This document shows, piece by piece, positions 13,750 to 26,577 of a stretch of DNA of 64,000 nt. Made by a program: the position numbers and the translations under genes. The notes beneath the pieces are model-generated. The model was not told the origin of the DNA and searched no databases. It worked only from the letters and a program-made list of their open reading frames with translations. This DNA is from Vicugna vicugna. Taxonomy: Eukaryota. The stretch lies in NCBI GenBank assembly GCA_013265495.1, contig MU061579.1:2973319-3037318 (forward strand). Direction: 5' to 3'. Position 1 is the stretch's first letter, and each line of letters begins with the position of its first letter.

Positions 13750-14019
13750 CAAACTAGTTCTAAGGGTTTATCCAACCAATGGAGAAGGTCCATGCTGTCA
13801 AAACTATTTTCATAAAAGTTCTAAAGTACTATTTGTCTTTTGTTGTTGTTGTTATGTTAACGTTTGCACTTCTGGTATAAAAATAACATTGGTTAAATTG
13901 CTAACATCTCCACATAAATAAAGTCAGTGTCATTAAACTTTTAGTAGTCACTGAATTTTACACTACTATGAACTGAGAGGGAAAATAAAGCCAGCTGCAT
14001 TTAAGATGTCTTTGCTGGA
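13750..14019 (+). mobile_element. hAT-Charlie DNA transposon (Charlie1a-like) 5' fragment
   Basis: GTCAAAACTATTTTCATAA, TTTGCACT, TAGTAGTCA and AAAGCCAGCTGCATTTAAGATGTCTTTG follow the Charlie1 5' consensus. It is cut at the MLT2 LTR start. Confidence 0.75.
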
Positions 14020-14395
14020 TATAATGGTTAAGTTTTGTGTGTCAACTTGGTTAGGCTATGGTGCCAAAAGCATAGACCTTGGTCAAACTCTAGTCTAGAA
14101 GTTAATGTGAGGGTATTTTGTGGATGTGATTAACATTTATCAACAGATGACTTTGGATAATGGAGATTATCTTCAACTATACAAATGAGCCTCATTCAAT
14201 CAGATGAAGGGCTTAAGAACAAAAGCAGAGGTTTCCCAGAGAAGAAGGACCATTGCCTCAAGACTATAACAAAAACCCTGCCTGACTTTCTTTGGATTTG
14301 CTAGCTCCCAAAAATATGTGAGCCAATTTCTATAAATAAATGAATAACTAAATCTCCTATTGGTTTTGTTTCTCTGGAGAACCTTAACTATTACA
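14020..14395 (+). mobile_element. ERVL 5' LTR, MLT2 family (MLT2D/B-like)
   Basis: Starts TATAATGGTTAAGTTTTGTGTGTCAACTTGG and ends CTCCTATTGGTTTTGTTTCTCTGGAGAACCTTAACTATTACA. It runs directly into the ERVL internal start GATTTTGGT. Confidence 0.93.
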
Positions 14396-16610
14396 GATTT
14401 TGGTGCTGAAAGTAGTACAAGAGGAACAGAATCTTAAAAATAAGGTTTTGGAATTAATTTTGGAATTTATGAAATTGGCTCACTAATCTGGTTCTAATTA
14501 AAGGCATTAATTATTCCATTTCTAGTGGTAAAGAGGGCACTGATAATCCATGCCATGATGTGGGAATAAAGAACACAAATTATCACTGTTGGATGCTCGT
14601 AATCAAATACTTAGAAGAGGGAAGGTTCTGAGCAATGACAAATTTGCTATCAAAGACCTTTTTTTGTCAAATTAATGGCTATAGTGAGATTGGTGGTTGC
14701 TCCTAATTGCTGGGCAGAGTATGGGGAAACAAAGGATGAGATCCGGGCTTCAAGTTCCATGCATGAATAACCTGTGTCTGCCCTCAATGAAACCCTTATT
14801 GCTCGTATCTGTGGAGACAAAATTTTTTAAATGAATCCTACCTGTGAGTGGTTGAACTATAATACAAATTGAATTCCCAGTCTCACAGGGTGCCTGCTAT
14901 TAGAGTGACTGCATTGATCGAGAAAAGGATAGGGTTCTGAAAATTGGAATGAGGATATATGAACAGTTCCTGGGGTAGCTGGAGATACTGAGCCTATAAA
15001 TTCTTCCAAGTCCTTTTCTGAAGAGGTTGATACTACTTGGTGGTGGAACCTGTAATGGCTTCCTTTAAAGTAGCTTGCAATACACTACTAATTCTTATCA
15101 GGACCCATTCTTACTATTCCCCTTTGCTTCTAGACTTGTAAATAGGCTCAAGTATCAGTAGGATCTACAAGATGTGACCCATGAGGCAGTGTTCTACACT
15201 CCAAAAGAACCACGTGAATTTTTCAGTTTACAGACAGAAATGCTAGGAAGAGATGTGGAAATGGATAGTAAGAGTGCAAGATAATGGTGAATGGAACACA
15301 CAATTGAATCTAACCACATTTGTTGATATAGGCCCACTAAGTGGAGATTCTGGATTCATTGTCACATCTTGAAGGGTTCAAAAAGTCTCTAACAGTTTGT
15401 CTCATGGGCTGGCTGAAATGTACACCAAAAAGTGACACACACTAAACTATGTTGAAATGCCAAAACTACCTGGTATGCTGTAGAGGAAGATATCCAAAGG
15501 CAATCCAAAGACTGAAATGTTAGGGTGGATTTATCATGTACGACCTGTTTTCCCACCTAAAAGAACACACCTTTTACCTCACCTTGAGAAATACATTTGT
15601 GAGGGGAGCCCCAGCATTCTTGAAGAGTTCTGTGGTTGCTAATTGCACAGGTCAGAAACTACAGTGAAAACTACTGCCATTGAACTGAGATCCTTAAATG
15701 CAACGAGAAGAATCAAATGCTTAAGTAGAAGAGGTCAAACAGTGGCAGCACTTAACTGCCAAAGGGGGACATGGTTGTTGTAACGAACAGCGGAGTCCAA
15801 GCAGCAATCAGAAGAGTCTGACTTGCTGAAACTTCAGCGTGGCTAGTTGATCATGATGTCGCTAGGAGAAAAACCATAGGGCAGTCTAATACATTTTCAC
15901 TTGACCTATGAAAGTGAAAGAGTTCTAGGCCATGCAAACAGAAATCTAACTTGAATTACCAAAACATGGCCCCTCAATTAATTTTGAGATGAGCCAGTTT
16001 AAGACCCATAACTTCTGACAGGTTCTCCTTAGAAGGACCTCATTACACTGCAACAAATTTACACTGCTAGCCTTTCTATCAATCTTCCCCAAAGGGACCT
16101 ACATCCTTTTGCAAAGGTGACTATACTTTGGGAAAAAGAAAATAATCAGTCTCTGGAAATTCCTGAGCCCATGCTCTGTACTGACACATTCCAGGAGACC
16201 TAAAATATCACTGTGGTCCACTAGCCAGAGGAAGGACTTTTGGAAATCAGGTGATCAATGAAGTTTTATCTCACATCCATCTCACAGTAGACCCAGTGGG
16301 TCCCCAAACCCATCTGTTGGTCATTTCCATAGTTCTAAACTGGATAATTAGAACAGTTATACTCAACAACTGCCAGAGTCACAGCATGGGTTTCCTAACC
16401 TGTGAAGTGAGGGCTATTATGCTGGGAAATGCCAAATGGAAGCCACTAGAACTGCTTTTACCAAGGAAAACAGTAAACCAAAAGCAGTACCACATTACTG
16501 CAGGGATTGCAAATTAGTGCCACCATCAAGGACCTGAAGGATGCAGGGGTGGTGATGCCTATCATATCCCCATTCAGTGTAATTATTTGGCCTGTGCAAT
16601 GGATAACTGT
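14396..16610 (+). mobile_element. ERVL internal remnant: gag, protease and start of RT; disrupted and 3'-truncated
   Basis: Gag-like WKWIVRVQDNG at 15256. ORF 16251-16517 gives LTVDPVGPQTH and VRAIMLGNAKWKPLELLLPRKTVNQKQY. A frameshift then leads to ISATIKDLKDAGVV...WPVQ, matching the ERVL pro/pol junction. Many stops and frameshifts. Confidence 0.95.
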
Positions 16611-16665
16611 ATAAAGAGAGAGAAGAAAATTGAGTAGGAGAGGTTTGTTTGGCAAATACAGGAGT

Positions 16666-17291
16666 GTGTAATTGTTTTCTATTGCTACATATCAAATTAC
16701 CACCAATTTAGAAACTGAAAACAACGTATATTTATTATCTCACAATTTCCTTGTATAAGGAGTCTAGTACATTTTCACTAGATGCTCTGTTCAAGGTCTC
16801 ACCATGCTACAATCAAGGCATAAGCCAGGGCTGTTATCTCATCTGAGGCTCAGCATTCTTTTCGCTTCTCACTGGCTATTGACAGAAATTAATTCTTTTT
16901 GGTTATAAGGCTGAAGGCTATGTTTTCTTGTCAAACGGGGGTTGTCTGAGCTCCTAGAAACCTCTAACTCTTTCTGCCACATGTCCCTTTCCACATATCA
17001 TGACAGGTTTCTCCTGTGATGCCAGCAGAAGGATCTCTTTCCCTTCAGTTCTCTCTGACTTTTTAAAGAGCTCACCCAGGAAAATATCCACTTTGGGTAA
17101 CGCAAAGTCAACTGGTGACAGACTTTAATTGCTTCTGCAGAAATCTCTCTACCATGTAAGTTGATATAATTATACTAGTGATGTCCCATCCTAGTCATAA
17201 ATCAAGATCACAGCCAATGAGATGGAATTATACAGAGTATGTGCACGAGTGGGTAGGACTCTCAGAGACTCCTAGAATGCTGCCAATCACA
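16666..17291 (-). mobile_element. MaLR solo LTR, MLT1E-like
   Basis: CAAATTACCACCAATTTAG, TTTATTATCTCACAATTTC, AATCAAGG and CAAAGTCAACTGG, ending CTAGAATGCTGCCAATCACA. Confidence 0.88.
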
Positions 17292-17697
17292 GAGATTTTG
17301 AGTGAGGGCTGAGTATTTAAAACAAAATGTGTAATTAATAAAAATAATTTCCCTTTTAGAAATAGAATAAAAACAACTAGTACTCTAGCAAATTCTCAAA
17401 GATAGATTTGGAAATATTGGATGCCTGAGACATTCTGTTCAGATTGATTTACTAAATTAATAAATTATTAATTAGAAAACCCTCGAAAAGAATCAAGTAC
17501 TGTTGACCTGAATTAAAATGATTTATCTAAGAAAAGATGTAGATTAAGAATTTCAATAGCATTGATAATAAAGCATATGAATAAATGAAAAGAATTACAG
17601 ATAAACAGGTTATCCAAACCTGGGTGCCTGGAAGAAGGCAAGCCAGAAGGGAATTATAGTTTCGAAGGAAATTCTCTTTCAAAATAAAGCGACTTGG

Positions 17698-18202
17698 TGT
17701 AGTAGTTTTCTATGGGTGATGTGCAATTCTCATAGGATTAAAATAGCACAAATTTATTACTCCATAGTTTCTAGAGGTCAAAGTCCAAAATGAGTCTCAC
17801 TAGACTAGAATCAAGGTGTCAACATGGCTATGTTGGAGGTTCTGTAGGCACCATAGATGTTAGGGAAGAATCTATTTCTTGCATTTTCTAGCTTCTAGAG
17901 GTGTCTGCCTTCCTTGGCTTAAGCCTCTCTTCTTTCTTCAAACCCAGCCGAGGTAGGTTGACTTCTTATCATGATGATTGATCATGACCTTTTCTTCTGC
18001 TTCCCTCTTTCACTTGAAAGGACTTTTATGATAACATTGAATCCACACAAATATTTTCAGATAATTCATCATAAACTCAGCTGATTAGTAGCCTTAATTT
18101 CATCTTCAACCATAATTCCCCTTTGCCATATAAAATAACCTTCACAGTTTCAGGGAATTAGGATATGGACATCTTTGTGAGTCTGTTACTCTGCCTACCA
18201 CA
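17698..18202 (-). mobile_element. MaLR solo LTR, MLT1D-like
   Basis: GGTCAAAGTCCAAAATGAGTCTCACTAGACTAGAATCAAGGTGTC, TCTAGCTTCTAGAGG and TCAGCTGATTAG, ending CTCTGCCTACCACA. Confidence 0.9.
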
Positions 18203-19556
18203 AATGTATAGAAGAGAAGCCATTCAAATTATGAATGTTTTGGTTTCTATCATTTATTTTATTTAATAAAGTACACCTTTTTTGTTTTGTTTTATCCCCA
18301 TGGTCTATGAGCTTCTTTGCTAGTCATCTTATTCTGTATTCCTCTGGCTGACACGTTTTGCTTCATTTTAATAGATTCAATGTTCTTATTCTAGATAAAC
18401 CATTATAATATCAATCCCTTAATATTAAAAAAAACATTTGAGAAGAAAATATTTCAGGGTCTAAATACTGAGTGCTCTAAATAAGAGAATGAGCTTTTAC
18501 TCTAATATTCAATGTTCTTTACCTTATGATCTATCTGATTCTTTTAGTTATACTTGTAGAATCCTTACATTACCCACAAAAACATATGAAAAATTATTTC
18601 ATTTAGAATCTTTTTATTATCTTTTTTCAAATAATGAGATATAGGTACTATAAGTTTATATTTTGTCATAATAGGAATTTTTGTGCATCATTCCAAGTAA
18701 AGCATTCAACTGTTTGTGCAAAGTCTGTAGGCACCACAGATGTTAGCAGGTGAATTTTTAATGTCTTTTGCATGTGAACAACTCCACACGCACACGCAAA
18801 AAAATGAGTGCCTCATTAACATTTACTGTTTCTGCAAAGTCAAAAGGAGAGCACAGTCAACTGTAATTACAGTTATTGTGGGCTAGAAGTAATGTGTTTC
18901 CAAAAAAGCCCACTAACGTTCTCAACTTTATTTTCATAGATTTGTTGGGGATTTTAAAATGCACATATCTCCAAAAGTATCAAATTTAAAATTTTGAAAT
19001 GTCAATAAGTTGCATTTTTAAAGAAAAATGAGAATACTTTTGCTTGCTATCAAGATGATTTTAATATTATTATTGTTCATACTGCTATTGAATTTGATAA
19101 AAATACTTCGTAGTGGATTTTTACAGGGGGACTTACTCTTTCTAAGAAAGTTTCTTTGTGTGTTAAAAATTGGAAATCCACCTTTTAAATGTTTGAGAAA
19201 TATGCGGTGTAATGTAGTTATATACAGAGTTCTCTTAGAGAATTCTGTAGGGATCCAAAAGGTAAATAATCAATGATCATAAAGACAAGAACTAAAAGAG
19301 CTCTAGAGATGAGCTAATCCTATACTCTTCTCTCCTCTTTCCTTTCTTCTTTTCCTCATTCCCAACAGGTCCTGCTTCCATTGCTTCCATATTCTCTTAT
19401 CTCTTTTCTTCTCCTCCCCCTTCTCTCTCTCTCCTTCTTAACTTCTATAATTCATACAAGCCCAACCTCTTAATCCCAACCTGAATCCCCACAGTTTTAT
19501 TTTGCACATGGTTCACAGTAGCTCCAGACTGCATCATAACACTTACCTGGAACACG

Positions 19557-19830
19557 TTCATTCATTCAATACTTTTGTGCACCTATTTTTACACTTGTCA
19601 CTATTGAAGGGTTTAGTATAAATCAATGAAGCAAGAATAGATTTCTGTTTTCAGGCTTCTTATATTCCAGTGAATAGAGACAGGCAATAAACTATAAATG
19701 ATGAAACATTAATTATATACTATGTAAAAAAAAATCATGAGCATCATGGAAAAAACTAGAGAAGGCTAGGGTAGATCAGAAATGTGTTTGGGAGTAAGTT
19801 GCAATTTTAAGACAAGTGATCTGGGAAATT
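19557..19830 (-). mobile_element. L2 LINE 3' end
   Basis: TTCATTCATTCAA tail followed by GCACCTA, GCTTCTTATATTCCAGTG and GAGACAGGCAATAAAC. Confidence 0.7.
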
Positions 19831-20029
19831 ATATCTCATTGCCAACTTTTATGTGTGTTCCTTGGGCACAATTTCCAGAGTGAAAATGTGATTGATCTAA
19901 CTCAGTTTACTATAAATTTCCATTTTATACTCAGACAGTTGGACAGTTTATGTGGCATTTTCTAAGTAGTCATTCTCTTCCATAAATCTGTAGCTTATGA
20001 ATTATTTACCATAAAACTACAAAGCCAGA

Positions 20030-23000
20030 TATGTCCTAATAAAAGTATTCCTTTGGTGAGGACTCTTCCCTATCAAAGATTGTTAGTCTATTTACCAAGG
20101 GCTCAGTTTTCAGCATATTTACAGGGAGGTTACACTTGGTCACCTACATTCTTCTTTCCATGGAGACTGCTCCTAAATATGTTATTGGATAGATAACTGC
20201 TTACTTTGTCCCCACTCAGGGAATGGAAGCTCTGCTGGTCACCATCCTCCACCTTATCTAATTCATTGATAACTACTGACCCCAGGCCAAATGAAATGAT
20301 AAACACTTCCTAAAAATCATGAACACAAAGTGGTAGTTAGCTCCCCATCCAACTGAGTCATCAGCATATAGTGTTTCACTTCTTTTGTTCAGGTTATACA
20401 AGTGGAAGATTTGGGGAGAATGTATAACCCAACAGGAATCCAATCTTCTTTCTACAAAGCCTTAATATATTTCTTCTAATACCAGTCATTAGTAAATGAC
20501 AGATCTAAAAGAGAATAGCCATTCTCTTACACTGCCTTGGTCACATGAGATTACCATGGTGGCATCTTTCCTCTGGGGATTGAAATCTGCTATTGACCTT
20601 CTCTGCCATCTGCTATGATATACACCTGTTTTCTTATTTTATCCATTGCCTTCCATGGTTAGGCTTTCTGTTCTGTCAGGTGTATTATTCACCCACAGAG
20701 CTAATAACAAAATTGTTATTTTTTTCCTTGGTTCTATGTCCAAGCAGATGGCATAGAGTCTGACTGTCCCTGCCAACTGATAATGGAGCTGCATTCACAG
20801 TTCATCCTAATGCAGCTACATGAGCTGAAATCATGATCCATCTCAAGTACTTCAGGATTCCACACTGCTAAGTCCAATGTTCCTTTGTTTTCTATACTAA
20901 TATATGTCTCTATGGGTACACATGCTTTTAAATGTTGCCCTAGGACCACTGATTAAGGTAAATGGAAAATATTTTAAAAGCTGTGATACGGAAAAGAGAT
21001 TTAGTTATATATTTGCATCCTCCCTTACTCCTTTATTCACATTCTCTGATTCTAGAAACTTTTCCAGGGCAGTACTTTTCATCATAAATATTTCCTTCAT
21101 GTTTAATTTAGATTACTTGCGTGAATTAGCAATGCCTTTTGCATTATCTATTTTGTATAGCAAACATTGTATTTGCTCTGATGATGGTAAGAGATAAAGA
21201 AAGATCATTTAATATTGTCTCTTCACCCCTGTCTGTGTTTATAGTAAATATGTATCTTGATCAGAAGAAATATGTCTTGGGTTTGGGGGGTTGAATTAAT
21301 ATTTTGCTGCTACAAAGCTTTAATTCTGGTCTCCAAGGTTGCTTCTGTTACAGGATAAGAAATGTCTAGAGTATATTAGGTGTCAATCTCAGTTAACACA
21401 CACTTGCAAGTCCAGGGGACTACCATTAGTGATCTGATGTAATCCATTTGCTGACTCTGCATTAGTCTTGGAGAATTGTACCCTCCTCCATTTTCAACTT
21501 ATTTTTCTCCCAAATATATTCTTTATATTAGTCATCCCATTCAGTCCAAGAGATATTTCATGTCTCTGACCATGGGTGCACAGCCCAAGAACTGAATGCC
21601 CAATTATTTCATAAATCCATGGAACTAGTAAGGTATTAGATTCACACATCAGCCTTATCATTTAAATCTCTGCCTGAGCTGGGAAGTAGGTTATATTTAT
21701 TTTTATTTCTTTACTTTTTTTTGTTGTTTTGGAGGGGCATCCCCATATCCCACCTTATTTCTTCCTATAATTATCCCCCAATTCTCCATACATGAACATT
21801 TTATATAACAATTTTGCCCAATCATTGAAGCTTATTTGTGTGACAATATAGTATATCTTTTGGCTAGAGCCCAAGAGTCTGAAAATCCAAATGCTCCCCT
21901 AAAACTGGGAGCCTAGTTTTTCTTCTATTATTAAATAAACTGCCTGTATTTCTGCTCACATGGTACTGATTTCAAAAGAAAAACCTGCTCTTCAATCTGG
22001 ACACTTCCATCTGTGAACCGGGAAGACTATTTTGCCTTGGATGGAAGAGAATCATAGAACTGAGACCACACAGCAATGACAATGGGGATGTCCTTGGAGG
22101 GCTCTGTGGTTGTCCCTATGGTCAGTGAAGCTGTCTTCTCAAGTATGCAGTGCACTACTCCTGAATTTATTCTTTAGCATGCTTTTGAATATCCACTTGA
22201 TAAGTGACATTTGGTGTGCTGCTCTCAGACTATTTGAACATCACCCTGACAACACCTGAGATATAAGTGGGTACCTATGTCTCAGAATTATCTGACACCC
22301 TTCAGAAGTGTGGAAAATTTTGATTAACTCCCAATGATAAGCTAGCAGTTATCTTTCAAATGGTTGATTCCAAGTCCAAAATCCAAGAGTGGCACTATTT
22401 TATTTTTCCAGAGTCCAGTCTGTATATGTTCTGAATGCAGATACTTCTAATGCTATTGAGCTACTGGATCTCAGGGTCCTAGTGGGACTGCCTGTAACAC
22501 CACTCTGTAAATTATTTAATGCTTACCTCTGTCCCACTCAGATTCAGATTTCTTTCAGGTGACTCTGTGATTGAGTTCCAACAAGATGTCTATTTGAGAA
22601 ATATGATTTTGCCAAAAATGAATGAAACATGCTAGCCTCTGAGCTTCTGGAATATTGATAGTGTCTGCACAGGATAGTAACTTATTTCTCACAATTTCAA
22701 GACTACCTTTGATTCTTCAAGTCCAACTCATTCTTAAGCATTTCCTAAATTGAGTTGGGCATTGAATTTACCTAAAGTCTTCAGCAAACCTATATTTGTT
22801 ATATGGGTGACTAAGATTCTTAATTTTGCCTGAGCTTCTTCTTCTAAAGAGGAAATTATCATGATATCATCAATGTAGTGCAATAACTTGTATTAATGGT
22901 TGTCAAGTCCAAGTCCTGCTTCCATAGATTATGACAATATGCTGATGAATTCAAATATTTATTTGACAAAACAATGAATGTATAATGATTTCCAGCCCAT

Positions 23001-23130
23001 GAAAATGCAATTATCTGCCTGGTTATACTGAAATATTGAGATTAAAAAGATGGCAATGAATCCAAGTTTATAATATCTGACAACTATTTGATTGTAATTT
23101 CAATACACCAGTTGAAGAGAGAGTAGTGTG
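20030..23130 (-). mobile_element. Class III (ERVL-related) pol remnant: RT, RNase H, integrase; heavily degenerate
   Basis: Minus-strand translation gives AFSWAGNHYTFIVLSNKYLNSSAYCHNL and LLHYIDDIM (YIDD at 22866-22877). Also EAQRL, VPLGP*DP, PLLGFW, FER*LLA, and integrase-like QMDYI...VLTEIDT (about 21380-21450) and SDQ. Confidence 0.9.
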
Positions 23131-24385
23131 ATTTTTCAACAACAGAACAAATGTTCAGAGAACATCGCTTATGAAAGTAGAGAAGTCAAATAAAATCCTC
23201 TACATGAATGGAAAAAAAAGAAAAAAAATCACTCCACAAAGATATAAACTCCATAAAGATGTAAACCAGGAGGATTTTTAAAGAATACACATATCTTTAA
23301 TGAAAAATAATGTCTTACACATTGCTGCAAACGTAGAACTTAGCACTGTACCTTGTGTATATTTAGTCTTATAGAATATCTTTTTATTGCTTAAATCAAA
23401 ATAATCATTTCAACAAGTTAATATTGGCATGACCACTTGGCTGGAGTGGGGAAAGGAGAGAAGGAAATCACAAAATGTTATGTAACTTTAACAGTTGACA
23501 TGTAGTGGAATCTCTACTTAACTACTACCTCTCATGAATACCTAAGCACAGCTCCTTCTGTTCTGAGTAATAACAAGGGCTGATGTACTAATAAAGATGT
23601 GTTGGGCTGCAGAAAACTGAAGTTGAGTTGTCAAACTGAAGAGCACATGCCAACTGCTGTCTCCTGTGTACTCAGGATTTAAACTATGTTCTGTCCACAG
23701 TAAAATGCTCTTCCAAAGGAATATATTGCCATACTGGAGGTAACGTTGCATGTCTGGCATGTTGTTGCATTATTGAGACAAAGCCTCTAAGTTTTCTTTC
23801 TTATTTAAAAATAATCATATTTCTAAAGAGAACTGAAGGAAAAAGGGAAATTTTGAAATTTATTTTCTCTAAACTGCAGAAATCTTTTATAGCTGTCATG
23901 AAGTTAATATTAAATAATGTGAATTTTTATGGTATACTAGAAATAATAAATAACATTTATTCTATGTTATATTAAATTTAAATTGCACTTTTAATTTGTG
24001 ACTATACTAATATATATGTATTATTTATTTTATACATTAATATGTATATATTAATATATTTACATATATAGTCACACATATGTATGTATGTATCTACTCT
24101 TATATTGAGACTATGCACATAGCTATAGGTATAGGTTTACATATTTAAATAAATATATTCAAATTTTGTCCTAATAAGATAACCCTGTTAACTCAATTAT
24201 TTTTTCTGAATTTCATCCAGGTGGAGAAAACCAAACATTTCTAAAATTTCTGTTTATTAAAGGCTATGAAAATCTTAGTTTGAGGAGGCCAGGTGGCTTC
24301 ATCCTAAAAATGTGACTGGTGTTGGATGAAACCATATCATTGAAAGAAAGGAGAGGCAGGTGCAAAATTTAAGGCACTCTCACTT

Positions 24386-24750
24386 TCTCTTAAGTTGATT
24401 CCTTTGAAGTAGATCCCCAAATAGAGATTCTTATTATTGCAAAAATGTTATTGCAAAAATGTACTCAGGTGAAAACTGAACAGAAGTGAGAGTAGGGATA
24501 AGGTAGGGATTAAGGTAAACAAAATAAGGAGGCCAAGCTGAAATCTAGCTTCATCCTGATCCCAAGGAGAGCTTAGGGGCATAAAGGGCATCAGTTGAAT
24601 GTTCTGACTTGGGGTGTGGGGGCTTTTAGGTGCTCATATCACTCACTGACAAGAGGCATCCCTTTTCAGGAGTGGCGTAACTTCCAAAGCAAGTTTGCAA
24701 AGCACCTCCCGATGACTTAGGGTAATTTCTGTGAACTACTTGTACCGTGT
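24386..24750 (-). mobile_element. ERVL LTR, LTR33-like
   Basis: GCTGAAATCTAGCTTCATCCTGATCCCAAGGAGAGCT matches the LTR33 antisense core. It contains a 14-bp tandem duplication TTATTGCAAAAATG at 24434-24461. Confidence 0.7.
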
Positions 24751-24770
24751 GCTGTTTGCAGATGACACTC

Positions 24771-26268
24771 ACATTTGGCTCATAATCCAATACGACTTTA
24801 AATATTTCCTTTTTCAATTTTTCTCCAGTTTTAACCATTGAGAATCTTCTATGTCCCTTTGACATACCTCCATCTATATGGTGTCTGTCTTCTTTCCTTC
24901 CTTTCTTCCTCTCTTCCTCCCCTCCTAGCACTTCTATGCTTTCTGACACTTCAAGATGCTCCAGGCTCATCTTGTATATTGCTTACCCAGACCTAGAATC
25001 ATCCATATCTTTAAGGACTTCGAACTCTTCTTATTGAAGAGTGCTACTAGAAACCAAGATCTGAGTGCTACTGGGCTATCACTGCTTTAAGGGATGCTCA
25101 GCTGGTAGAGCAAGGCAAGATATGTGTGTAAACTAAATTGTGGAGATAGATGGATGGCTAGATAGATAGATAGATTTCAGCGCAGTCATCTGTACCTGTC
25201 GTAAACTAAATACGATTTTACAATGATGACTCCAATTCTCATTCATTACCACATGGATTATTGTAGCGTTCTCCTTGCTTATCTATAAATTCCCTTCTAA
25301 CGGTGAGAAACTTGGCTACCATCAACCACTCCACGTACTTAATTGTGCCGTTTCAGTGCACATTTAAAGCCATATTAGAACTGTTAACCTTGACTCCCAT
25401 GGGAAAAAAAAGGTTATCAATTAGAATACAGTGCTTATGTGCACCTCCTTTTGTCTTTAGAATTACAGACTCTAAACGTTTCTAAAACTGTGTAACACAA
25501 TATTTCACTCCATCTGCTTCAACAAAGTTGCTGCATACATTTGTAAAACCATCAGAGTCTCTTGTCACAGTCTGCATTTCTTCCTATATTCCCCCAAATC
25601 CAAAATAAATTTAAAAAATTAACATGCATTAAGGTTCACTTCTTGTGCCATAAAGTTCTTTGGGTTTTGACAAATGCGTCACGCTGTGTATTTGCCATTA
25701 CAGTATTACATAGAATACTTTCACCAACATAAAAAATCCCCTGAACTTCACTTATTTCCCCTTATCTATGTCCCCATCACCCCTGAAAACTAACCACTGA
25801 TTTGGTTACTGTATTTATAGTTTAGATTTTTCCAAAATGTCATATAATTGGAATCATATTTTTTTATTGACTAATATTCTTTTTAAGGTCCATTCATGTT
25901 TGTTCATATTTCAGTAGCTCACTTCTTTTTGTTCCTAGAAATATTATATTATAAAAAGCTACAATAATTATTTCATCTATTCACCTATTGGATGATGTTT
26001 TAGTTGCTTCCATTCATATACTGGGTTTTGTGTGATCATAGATTTCAAATCAGTTGGGTAAATACCTAGAAGAACTATTTTGGGATTATATGGAAGGCTA
26101 TGTTTTGGTTTATAAAAAGCTACCAAATTATCTTCCAAAATGAACTGTATACTTTTTTATCCCCATCAGAAATGAATGAGAGTTCCTGTTTCTCTGTATC
26201 CTTGCTAGTAGTTGGTATTGTCAGTTTTTAAAATTTTATTCATTTTAATAGATTTGCAGCGGTACTTC
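24771..26268 (-). mobile_element. L1MD-type LINE-1: 3' UTR and end of ORF2
   Basis: CAAGATGCTCCAGGCTCATCTTGTATATT, TAGAAACCAAGATCTGAGTGCTA, GGGTTTTGACAAATGC, CCCCATCAGAAATGAATGAGAGTTCCTGTT, TTGGTATTGTCAGTTTTT. Confidence 0.9.
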
Positions 26269-26577
26269 TAGTGCTGTGACTGGATCTCCCTGAAGTTTTT
26301 AGCTCTCAGAGTTATCTTCACAGAGCCTCCAGCAATTCATCAATTACAGAACAGGTTTCCCTGCCCCTGGCACCGGTTCCCACAGCAGTTTCTACTTGTG
26401 CCTCTGCCCTGTCTTCCTCTGACTGTTTCCCTCATCTTGAGGCAGCCGATTGCCCTGTTTAAGTATTCAGCATAAGTATTCAAGAAGTGTTGATTTTTCT
26501 ACTATTCAACTTCTTATGTGTTGTTAGGATGGATTGGCAACCTCTAAGCTCCTTACATGTGAAACTGGAAGGCAGAA
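26269..26577 (-). mobile_element. L1MD-type LINE-1 5' end
   Basis: The reverse complement begins TTCCAGTTTCACATGTAAGGAGCTTAGAGGTTGCCAATCCATCCTAACAAC...AAAATCAAC, as in L1MD 5' ends. Confidence 0.75.

Noticed and set aside
20030..24750. LTR33-like LTR as the 5' LTR of the minus-strand pol remnant
   Set aside because: The orientation fits, but the 1.2 kb between them is AT-rich with no gag or PBS signal, so the linkage is unsupported.
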